Shown here: positions 38,035 to 48,103 of the stretch, piece after piece
Layout: the number at the start of each line of letters is the position of its first letter
Numbering within the stretch: position 1 is the stretch's first letter
Notes under the pieces: model-generated
What the model saw: only the letters and a program-made list of their open reading frames with translations
Told to the model about the DNA's origin: nothing
The model's database searches: none
Made by a program: the position numbers and the translations under genes
From: Gracilinanus agilis
Lineage: Eukaryota
Length of the DNA: 64,000 bases
NCBI RefSeq assembly: GCF_016433145.1
Contig: NC_058133.1
Span: 189,307,201-189,371,200 of the forward strand
Direction: 5' to 3'

Positions 38035-38054
38035 ACTACAATTCCCACAATGCC
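38035..38054 (+). promoter_or_regulatory. ZNF143/SBS motif ACTACAATTCCCACAATGC in the MLX promoter CpG island
   Basis: Matches the established ACTACAnnTCCCAnnATGC consensus, ~375 bp upstream of the MLX ATG. Confidence 0.75.
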
Positions 38055-38250
38055 CCAAAGGTTTAGTCGACCCGGTTCCAGGAGCAAGGCTGCAGGCCTA
38101 GTTATGGTCGTAGGGTGGCAGCAGCGGGGGCCTTGCCGCCTCTAGCCCCTCTCACCCCAGCCACTAGTGGGGCTGGGACCTTTAAGTATGCCTCCCCCAG
38201 CCGCCTTCCCAAGGAGCACAGTAAACCAACGCCTTACAGGAAAATTCGAC

Positions 38251-38256
38251 TTTAAT
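38251..38256 (-). terminator. Probable COASY poly(A) signal ATTAAA
   Basis: TTTAAT on the plus strand, ~265 nt after the COASY stop. Confidence 0.55.
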
Positions 38257-38518
38257 TAGTTCCATTCCTTCACCCTGGTCCCAGCCAATCGTGGGGCCCC
38301 AGGCACATCTCGGGGTCGGCCGGGCCCTTCCTCCAGCTCTGCGCGGCCTCTAGGGGCCGCCTGAGCAGCTCACATCGCTACTGTCTGGGCCCAGCCCCTG
38401 GGAAATGCCCCAGGAGCCCTCCCCCACAAGGCAAGGCCTGCCCTCTGCAGGCTCTCCCACACCACATTCATTAATCATCGGCAATCAAGGATTAGATTGG
38501 AAGGCTTTCAGGAGTAGA

Positions 38519-41500
38519 TTACTGGCTCTTGATTCTCTCCAACAAGAGGGTCCAGGCCTTTTCCACCTTCAGAATTAAGTTGTGGGAAGAAAGTGGTATT
38601 AGTCAAGGGGGGGGCACTCTAGAACCTCTCATTCCTCCCCCACCCTCCCATTCAATCCCCTTACCTGTTTTCGGGTGATATGTGGCTCCCAGAGTGTACT
38701 CAACACCACATGACTCTGGTCCACACGACACTGATTATTCATTTGGTTCTGTAGTCGATTCAGGGCCATTGCTTCACTCACACTATCCCGATCTCTAATG
38801 CGCTGCAATGCCTGTAAAACACAAAAACTGTCACTCAGCACAGTTCTTTTATATATATAGTTTAACCAATTATTTGTTATAACAAATTTCCACACAAGTT
38901 TTCCTAAATTATATGAACGAACTTGTCTCCCTCCCTCCACCCTCCTGGTGCTGGCAGGAGATTCAATCTGAGTTATACAGGTATTATCATGCAAAACATA
39001 CTTCCATATTGTTCATTTTTGTAAGTAAATAATCTTTTAAAACCAAAACCTCCAAACATAAACCCAAATAAACAAGTGAAAAATCGTGTGCTTTCAACTG
39101 TATTCTGATTCGAACAGTTCTTCCTCTGGAGGTGGATAAGTATTCTTTGTCCTAAATCCTTCAGAATTGTCCTGGATCACTGTGTTGCTGAGAATAGCTA
39201 AATTCTATCCCAGTTGATCATTCCACAATATTTCAGTTACTGTGTATAATGTTTTCCTGGTTCTGTTCATTTCACTCTGCATCAGTCTTTCTGAAATCCT
39301 CCAGATCATCATTCCTTATAGCACAATAGTATTCAATCCCCATCATTTACCACAATTTGTTCAACCATTCCCCAATTGATGAACATCCCTTTGATTTCCA
39401 TATCTTTGCCACCACAAAAAGAGCAAATAGAAATATTTTTATACAACTAGGTCCTTTCCCTCCCCCACCCCCTTTTTAAAATCCCTTTGGGATGCAGACC
39501 TAATATTACTGGATCAAAGGGTATACATTGGTTTGGAGCCCATTGGGCAGAGTTCCAAATTGCCCTCCTAGCAATGCATTAGTGTCCCAATTTTGACACA
39601 TCCCCTCCAACATTTATCATAGGTGTGAGGTGTATTTAGCATACTTCTGAGGTGTTCCAGTAACAATAAAAAACTGTTCAGGAGCTCAGTCAGGGCTGAG
39701 GTAGGGGAATGGGGAGGTAAGAGGATCCAGTTACCTCTGTCTCTGGGACAACGATTGTCCACACCTCGTGGACCATGCTGTTCCAACCGGCTTCCAGCAG
39801 CAAGGCCGCATCAATCACACATATGGTCTTCCCTGCAGGTGGACCCAAGTCATTCCACTGATCTCTCATCCCAGCCATTTGCCCTGGATCAGACTCCCTG
39901 GAATGTGCTTGCCTGGCAGACAGGCACGATGCCCTGGCCCTGGAATGGAGGTGCAGGTAGGGGAAGGGGGGAAGGGAAAAGGGAAGAACCTTCCTACAAG
40001 TCCTTTGAAGCTTTTCTTGTCCTTCATACTTACCCTCAGCTGCAGCTTTGTTGATCTCCTCTCGGCCCATCTGCTCAATGATTGGCCACACAATGTCTGA
40101 AAGGTTCTTCAGCTGTTTCTAGTAGCAGAGAGAGGGTGGGGGAAGATGTTACTTTCTAGTCCTATGCCTGTGACAGAATGAACCAGCAATGTTAGGTTCA
40201 CGGCAACAAAGCAAGGAAGTGAAGGCTATGGGAAGATGACCAGGAGACTTCCCTTACCAATAAAAGTCAAAACTCCAGGAGAAGATGAAAAAGAAAAAGG
40301 GGTTTTGAGACAAGGCTGCATGGTCCATAGGAAACGGGAGTGTGTGCAAGCCACAAGCTTTTTTAGAAATTATTGTACTCACCTTGTCCCCAAACACTCG
40401 ACTGCCAAGAATCTTTCTGTTGATGGTACCATCTTCATTTAATATATCTGGGAGACCAAAAATAAGAACCTCAGTGAGAGAAACATGGTGTTTCTAGTAC
40501 TCTCAGATCCCCAATCTTCTTGCCTTCCCCCAGAAGACATACCAGTTCCAAAAGCCTTTATCACAGCCTGATAGGCAAGGCCATCAGGTGCATAGGCCTG
40601 ATGTCCCAGCTTGTCACTATCAATGATCTTTGCCCCCAGCTCTTGCAATAACCGGGACACTGAGGTCTTTCCTGAGCCACTTATCCCTGTCAGCCCCACT
40701 ACGTAGACATTGGATGGGAGGTCTGGTCTCTTCTGCCAAAAGTAAAAAGGTTGAAAAAGCCAAGGATGGAGGGAACATCTATGGGGAGATCAGAAGACTA
40801 AGATCAAGACAACCACTCCAGCCCCTGTGTATGCCTATAGGCTCCCCCTGCTAGAATAACAGAAGGGTATTTTCCCACTAAGTGTTAGTACTCCCCATCT
40901 GAGAGGCAGCCAGCACTTTTACCCCCTGGAGGTGAAAGGTATTTACATAGGGGGGTCGAAGGAGGGTCCCCAGCAATCGCTGACGGAAACTGGAGGAGCT
41001 AACTTTGTCTTCTTCGTTTTCTTTTTGGTCTGGGTTCTTCAGCAACAAAATCTGATACAAAGCCAGCTCTCCAAGGCCCTGTGGTGAGAGTTAACGGCAA
41101 GAGAGGATATTTTTAAATGGAGATAATTAACAGAGCTATTCCTTGAACCCCTAGGACTCATTTTTAAGTCACACAGACCTTAGCGGGTAAAATTAAGGAC
41201 CCAACCATATCCAACCCAGGCACTGACATGTGAGCCACAAGTTCTTCTGTGTCACTTCCAGTATCTCTCTAAAGTATCACTTCTCCAACATATACACCAA
41301 CCCTTCTTATCCCCAACCAGTCCCTCTGCCCAGTTCCCCAAGGGAGTTACATTCTCAAGGCGGTGGGAGTTGACAGCCAACCCCCCACGATAAGTCTCCT
41401 CGCTAACCACCAAGCACTCCAAGGAAGGGTCAGTGCCAGCTGGACCATAGTGATCTAGGAGGGGGACTATGTCAAAGGCCAAGGATGGCTTCATGTCCAC

Positions 41501-43048
41501 CAGGAACTCACTCAGATGTTTCACTCTATCTGTATAAGGTTGGAGTAACTCCCGGAGCACTTTATCTAAGGGAAGAAGTGAGAGAAAATGCAACAAGAAA
41601 GGAGACAAAAAAGGTACTCTGAGGAGAGGGTACTGGAGAGAACTAAAAATGGAGAGAGTGGTTATGACTATGAAAGGGAGGGAGGGAGGGTCCCTAGATG
41701 TCTGTATTTTGTTGGGCCTGATTAAGAAAAGGAGCATTCAAGCAAGCTATGGAGGAAGGAACAATGATTACTAGTGGAGGGAATTACACTGACCAGAGTC
41801 TCTGCCAAATGGGAAGGGGGAGACTATGGTACTGACAGAGACCACCTGGAGGAATTTGAAAGACACAGATATAGTCCTTGAAGCTCATCTTAACATGACC
41901 TTGGACCATACCACCCACACTTCAATTTCAAGGGGAGCAAGAAAAGAAAGTGCTCATATCCAACCCAAGACTTAAGTTGTGTAAATAGAACCACCTCCCC
42001 CACCAGAGTCTTTGACTTCCAGCTCATCAGATCTAGCTTGGTCCTTCCTCGCTCCTTTTTGTGTGCCTGCATTACGTGACATGTGGCACGGAGTGTAAAG
42101 ATATGATGCGGGGAAATGCCTACTCTCTCTATTCCCTTGGACATCAGTGGGGGAGCACCATGGCTGAAAGAGACAGCCATGTGGACCAACCACGGGTCAG
42201 ATTAGGCTTAAATCTCTATATATCTGCTTTCTCTATTTCAAGTAATTATTAATAAACTCTATGAAAAATAAGAACCAGGTGTTAGAATCTATCTTCCCCT
42301 GCTCAGACAACTTCCCCACCCCCAAGTCAAACCCCAAACTCATCTACTCACTTTCCAACAAGTCTTTATCTGCTACTCCAACCACGAGCCGCTTTTGGGC
42401 TAGGAGACAGGCAACGGTAAGCAGCAACTTGTGGGCATTGTGAAGATGGTCAAATGTTCCCCCTACTGCCACATGGTTGTAGCCCTGAAGGGGGTGCATG
42501 GGAGATTTAGGCACAGGGGAGGCTGAAAAATCAGAGGAATAGGGTGCCACTGATGGTTCTGTGGAGGTGTCCCCTGGATTATACTCTGGGTAGAGCAACA
42601 CAGAAACCAGTTGAGGGCAGCAGCTGTAACAGCTGGTGGCATATCGCTCCAGCTGTTGCTTAACTGGGTTGTACTGGCCCCCATCAAGGGTCTGGAAATC
42701 AGTCAATACCACTTCAGGGGGGTGGGCTAGATTCTGCACAGAGCCAAGTGAGGGTGGTGGGGTTGGGCTCTTGGTGCGGATATTGGTTAGCAGGACACGG
42801 ATGTCCAGGTGTCTATGGGCATCAGCACCAGCATAGAGGCCTGTAATGAGGTTGATGATCTCCACCGTGGCCTGTACGTGGCTGGAATGAGGCTGGGCCG
42901 GTCCACCCAGGCTGAGGCCAGGCTGAAGGTGGACATACAGGGTCTGCTCCACCAGTCGAGCTGCAGAGGTCAGAATGGGTGCCAAACGTGGGGTCAGGGC
43001 TGCCAGTGGGGATGTCAGAACCAAAAGGCCAGATCGGAAGGCAGACAT
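38519..43048 (-). CDS. COASY: Bifunctional coenzyme A synthase (PPAT + dephospho-CoA kinase), 558 aa, 9 coding exons
   Basis: Exons (minus) 43048-42352, 41565-41351, 41078-40947, 40732-40543, 40447-40383, 40118-40034, 39832-39735, 38811-38665, 38566-38519; total 1677 nt, GT-AG. Motifs [12 protein letters not shown] (PPAT), [18 protein letters not shown] (P-loop), [11 protein letters not shown]. Confidence 0.97.
38850..39650 (-). mobile_element. L1 3' end (ORF2 terminus + 3'UTR) filling most of COASY intron 7
   Basis: CCACAATTTGTTCAACCATTCCCCAATTGATG, CTGGATCAAAGGGTAT, CATCCCCTCCAACATT, ATAGGTGTGAGGTG; minus-strand peptide [14 protein letters not shown] matches the L1 ORF2 C-terminus. Confidence 0.85.
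41870..42280 (+). mobile_element. Probable solo LTR in COASY intron 1
   Basis: ~400 bp non-LINE/SINE block starting TG, with AATAAA near 42250 and ending near ...CA; TSD not resolved. Confidence 0.4.
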
Positions 43049-43199
43049 GCTGACCACAAGCCACCACTACTGCCCAAGTCACTGATGATTCCCCTCGATG
43101 GCTCCTACGGGAGGACACACATGAGAAGCTCGGAGAACTGGGAAGGGGAGAAAGGGGGCCCAATACTGGTAGTCAGTGAATGATTTCTAGTGGGTGCTG

Positions 43200-43900
43200 T
43201 TACCCATGCGCAGGATGCTCTGATGAAGCCCGCAAGATTCCCAAAAACTTTATTAGAACTGGCTGCGCATGACTAAGATTCTATTCTGCGCAACCTAGAA
43301 CACTGACCCCAGTAGGTGAGTCGCGCATGCGCATTAAGATTTGTGATTGGGACTAAGGAGGGCTTAAGAAAGAGAAATAATTCCTCAGGGGTAGAATTGA
43401 AAGAGACAGGCTCTGGGGCTGAATAGCAGAGCAGGAAACTGGGGACTCGGGGCCCTAGTCCTCCCTCGTTTCCTAGAAGGGGGGGAGGGCGCGCGAACTG
43501 TCTCCAAGGGGCGGGGCTTGTCTCCACGGGGCGGAGCCACCTGCTGGCAGTGACGGGTCGGGTTTGTCAGTGACTCCGGGCCTGGGTTTAATTCTCCGGT
43601 ACTCACGGAGCCCCCGGACTCGGGCCGCTCCCTCTCCTGATGCCGATGCTCCCCGGGGTCCACCCGGAAGTGCTCCTGTCCCGGATCGGGCAGCTCGTGA
43701 TTCTGGATTCGGGGAAATCCTGGCTACCCCGACCCGAAGAGTACGAATCTCGCGAGAATGTGATGTGAGAGAGGGCGGGACAATCACGTGGGAATTGAAG
43801 GCACCATGGGGGTGGAGTCAGAAGTTTAGTGAGGGTTGGAAATCTTAGTGACTAATTGGACTCCCTCGTTTTACCCCCAAGGCAAAAGAATCCTAGACGG
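43200..43900 (-). promoter_or_regulatory. COASY CpG-island promoter and 5' non-coding exon region
   Basis: GCGCATGCGC (NRF1) at 43323-43332, TCTCGCGAGA at 43748-43757, CACGTG at 43785-43790. Strong polypyrimidine acceptor CCCAG opens coding exon 1 at 43137. Confidence 0.7.
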
Positions 43901-44074
43901 GGATAACGGACCCATAAAATCGTAGTGCTAAAGCTAGGTGAGACCTCTGAGGCCAGCTAGTCCAATACACACCTGTTTGTAAAAAGGGGGATATTTTGTT
44001 CTCTCCTAAGCTGACAGGGAGAAAGATCGTTCACAGCAAAGAAAGGAGCCAATTATGAGATTGAGATATACTAT

Positions 44075-44290
44075 ATTTCACTTTCTTCATTTTTTTTTAG
44101 TTCTCTTCCACAAAATGAGTAATATGGAAAAATGTTTTCCATTATTGCACGTGTAAAATCTGTTATATTGCTTGCCATCTCTTGAGGGGAAAAAAGGGGA
44201 AGGAAGGGAAGAATTTGGTTAAAAAATTTAATGAAAGTTAAAAAACATTTTTTTAAGTAATTGTGGGAAAAAATGAAACATTTTTTTTAA
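44075..44290 (+). mobile_element. L1 3' terminal fragment
   Basis: AATATGGAAAAATGTTT...GCACGTGTAAAATC...GAGGGGAAAAAAGGGGAAGG. Confidence 0.5.
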
Positions 44291-44304
44291 AACCCACCAT
44301 TCTT

Positions 44305-44530
44305 GGGGGCAGCTGGGTGGCTCAGTGGATTGAGAGCCAGGCTTAGAGATGGGAGATCCTGGGTTCAAATGTGACCTCAAACAATTCCTAGCTGCATGAC
44401 TCTGTGCAAGTCACTTAACCCCCATTGCCTAGCCCTTATCACTCTTCTGCCCTAGAGCTAATATACAGTATTGACTCCAAGACGAAAGGTAAGGGTTTTT
44501 AATCAAAAAAATTTTTAAACAAACAAAAAA
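44305..44530 (+). mobile_element. SINE1_Mdo-type SINE
   Basis: GGGGGCAGCTGGGTGGCTCAGTGG head; flanked by CCCACCATTC direct repeats. Confidence 0.9.
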
Positions 44531-46324
44531 AACCCCACCATTCCTTCTCAGGAAGGTCTGGAATACAACAAAGAAAAATTAGCATTCTTTCCTCCTTGGA
44601 AGTAATTGGTCCCAAGCAAAAAGTTTAATGGAGGAGTGCAAGACTGAGTTTGTATAGATGTGAATGCCTAGAGAGTAAGAGTTTATGTCAAAAGTTCATA
44701 TTCTAAACAATTGTACTTACTAGCTTAAAATGTTTTTAATAAGAATCATATTAATGGTTTTCTTTATAATAAATTCAAATAAATAACTGTGTGGCTACAG
44801 TTCTGTGGCTACAAGGTTCTATGGAACATATCACTTGAGAGATAAAAGAGATTAACATCCCAATTCTTTAAATTTCCAAAGCCCTTAAAGGCAAGCTCAC
44901 TCTTATCAAATCGCCTTCAGTGCTTTAACACTAAGTAATAAGTATTATACAATTTTGCACTGGAGGAAATTTTCCAGAGCCAAAGCAGTGGCAACAAACA
45001 TATATGTGAAATATAAGTAGGGCCTATAGCTATCATTTCTATTCTACAGTTGATGGGAACCTGTGTGGCACTTCTCTTTGTCTTCCTATGAAAATGCAAA
45101 TCAAAAGGGAGAACCTAAATGTCAAAAAAAAAAAAAATTTAACACCACACAGAACAAGACTGTCATTTACAAATGGGTAAGAAAAAAACTGGCTGTTTAA
45201 AGGTACCAGAAAAGCAGGCCTAAGGGATTGAGGAAATATTTGGTTAACAACTTTCACCTTTCCCCAAAAGAGCCAATTTTGGGTTTAGAATTTCGTATGC
45301 AGAGAGGAACAGACCCATGCACCCATTTAAGCAATCCCCTCCCCACAACAGATACCCCTCTATTCAGAGGTAAGGTTCCTGAGTCCTCTATAATAAACAC
45401 TGTAGCACTTCATCAATTCTGAGTTTTGCCTCTTCTATGCCTTACTACTATCGTACTCTTAAATTTAAATCCATTCTTCCCAGACCCAATGTGAGTACTG
45501 TGGGAGAATGTGTTTTAAGATTAGTGGGGCTTATTTTGTAGCTTCTTTATCATATTCTTATCATGTCATCTTAATGTCTTTGCTTTGAGCTAATTGTGTT
45601 TACTAGTTTTCTGTCCAGGAGAGATACAATAGTTGAGGCTTATGAATTATGGTGTTAAAATCCTAAACCCCAAGGTACCATATAACCTTGTTGATAGTAG
45701 CTCCCCTTTGGGGAAGAGCCCCAAAGTAGATACATTGGTTGGTGGAGTATATATACATATACACATATATTCTATATGTACCTATATCCTCCATAGAAGG
45801 TAAGGTTTTTGAAGTCAGGAATTATTTTCTTTTTTTGTCCTCAGTGCCTCCCAGGTGATTTTAAAATGTTGATTGCCTACTGGTATACAGGATCCCCGCT
45901 CCAAGGGTCTGAAAGTTCTTTTAATATGCACAAACAACCCATCATCCCAGGCCCCTGGGATAAAGTCTAGTTTGTACCCTTCCATATGGTTTCATAGTCC
46001 TGGACTGGTTTATTGGCACAAGTCTAGACCTGAGCAGGCCTCGGGGCAATGTGAAGAAGAAAGGGGTTTGAAGAAGGTTGGCAATAGCAGAATCCTGTGA
46101 AGAGCCAGGATCAATACCACAAGGCCCAAGCTGTTCTAGCCTCAAGCTTTCCTTCTGCCTTTCCTGTTCACTCAGCTTCTTAGTCTCCTTTCTCCATTCT
46201 GGTTTCTCCTTTCCTTCTTGCCTCTTTAAATCTATTCCTTGTATGTGTGTCTCTCTTTGTCACTAGCGTTCATAGTTTTATACCTTATCCCCTCCCAAGG
46301 GTCCCAGCCTTCTGTTACATTTTT

Positions 46325-46503
46325 TTTTAACCCTTGTACTTCGGTGTATTGTCTCATAGGTGGAAGATTGGTAAGGGTGGGCAATGGGGGTCAAGTGACT
46401 TGCCCAGGGTCACACAGCTGGGAAGTGTCTGAGGCCGGGTTTGAACCTAGGACCTCCTGTCTCTAGGCCTGACTCTCACTCCACTGAGCTACCCAGCTGC
46501 CCT
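46325..46503 (-). mobile_element. Young SINE1 with 17-bp TSD
   Basis: TSD CCTTCTGTTACATTTTT at 46308-46324 and 46504-46520. Confidence 0.93.
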
Positions 46504-46965
46504 CCTTCTGTTACATTTTAATGAGCCTTTCCCGGAGATCCCATCATTTCTCTTTTGTCCCATAATTGGTAGTGGACACTTATCCTTTCTAGTTGTCCTC
46601 ACAGATGTTCCAGGGGGTCAAAGTCCCTCACCATATAGCAATACTCCTCCCCCATCCAGCCATCTACCTTGAATGGAGGGACACGAATTGAGGGAAGAAC
46701 CTGACCTTCCCTTTGACTTTGGTCCACAGACTAGGCAGGCAACCAGCCGTTTAGATGTCTTCTTGGGCTTCTACATAGCTCCCCAGTCTCACTTGCCCCA
46801 GCAGCTTTTCTGGGAAATTTTGAGAAAGCTATGGTAAGGAGCACTAGAGATGGTGGCAAATGGGAACAGAGTGGATTGGTTCTACCCAGTGCTGATCTCT
46901 ACTTGTTTCCTGGTGATGATTGCTCACATTCTCAGGGTATCTGCATTTTAAAAATCTCTTTTTCA

Positions 46966-47147
46966 GGGGCAGCTGGGTAGCCCAGTGGATTGAGAGTCAG
47001 ACCTAGAGATGGGAGGTACTAGGTTCAAGTCTGGCCTCAGACACTTCCCAGCTGTGTGACCCTGGGCAAGTCACTTGACCCCCATTGCCCATCCTTACCA
47101 CTCTTCCACCTAGGAGCCAACACACAGAAGTTAAGGGTTTAAAAAAA
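46966..47147 (+). mobile_element. SINE1 (same short-tail variant as 7519-7709)
   Basis: Tail CCACCTAGGAGCCAACACACAGAAGTTAAGGGTTT; TCTTTTTCA on both flanks. Confidence 0.9.
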
Positions 47148-47336
47148 TATATCTTTTTCAACAATTCTCTCAATCAGTTCCCCACAACAACCAGTAAGGT
47201 AGGCAGGATTGGTCTCTCTAATCTCTCCATTTTTCAGATGAGAAAACTGAGGCTCAAAAAGGTACAGTAATCAAAACTAAAGTTCATAAGTAACTTCAAA
47301 CCAAGTACTGTTAGTATTGGAAGGAATCATCCATAT

Positions 47337-47739
47337 CAGTGGAGTCAAACTTAAAAAGAAATGAGGCCATCCCTGTGGCTGCATGTTGACTCCAAAAAGC
47401 TGTTACTTATGCTCTATTGGGTTTTTTCTTTTTTTTTTTTTAAACCCTTTTCTTCCATCTTAGAATCAATACTATGTATTGATTCCAAAGCAAAAGAGTG
47501 ATAAGAGCCAAGCAATAAGGGTTAAGTGATTTGCCCAGGTCACATAGCTAGGAAGTGTCTGAGGCCAGACTTGAACCCAGGACCTCCCCTCTCTAGGCCT
47601 GACTCTCAATCCACTGAGAGCTACCCAGCTGCCCCCTATTGTGTTATTTTTTGAATGAAATATTTCCCAGTTACATTTTCATTGGGTTCTGGCCAAGCTA
47701 GAGTGTTGCTGACCACATGCTGGGTATTTGACACTACTG
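47337..47739. mobile_element. hAT-type MITE split by a SINE insertion
   Basis: Ends CAGTGGAGTCAAAC and TTTGACACTACTG; interrupted at 47422-47635. Confidence 0.6.
47422..47635 (-). mobile_element. SINE1-type SINE nested in the MITE
   Basis: Antisense copy; CTATTG repeated on both flanks. Confidence 0.88.
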
Positions 47740-48097
47740 CTCCCTACCACCTGGTCAGCTGCCTCCTTTTTGCACCAGGACTTCTATATACAATAGATGC
47801 TTGGAAAATGCTTGTTGAATTAAATAATGTTACCAAAGGAAAAGCTGAGAAGGGAAATAAGGCCCTGAGTTACCCACTAACAAAGTCAGTAGTAGGTGGG
47901 ACCTGGTCCCTCCTGTTACACAGACAAAGGTTTGTTGTTGTTGGGGGAGTAGATGAGTTTCACCCTGTCCATCAGGCCAACAAGGAGGGCAAACAGCCCT
48001 TTCCTAGGAGCTCCCCACCTTTGCTGCCTATGGCCTTTATAGCACAAATGAATAGCCACAAGACAGCTTAGGTTAGGCAACATCAGAGAGTGTGTAT

Positions 48098-48103
48098 TTT
48101 ATT
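48098..48103 (-). terminator. AATAAA overlapping the HSD17B1 stop codon
   Basis: Minus strand reads CCT CAA TAA AAT. Confidence 0.55.

Noticed and set aside
44305-44400. tRNA-like A/B boxes in SINE heads
   Set aside because: These are tRNA-derived SINE promoters, not tRNA genes; no tRNA, rRNA or snoRNA gene was recognisable in the window.
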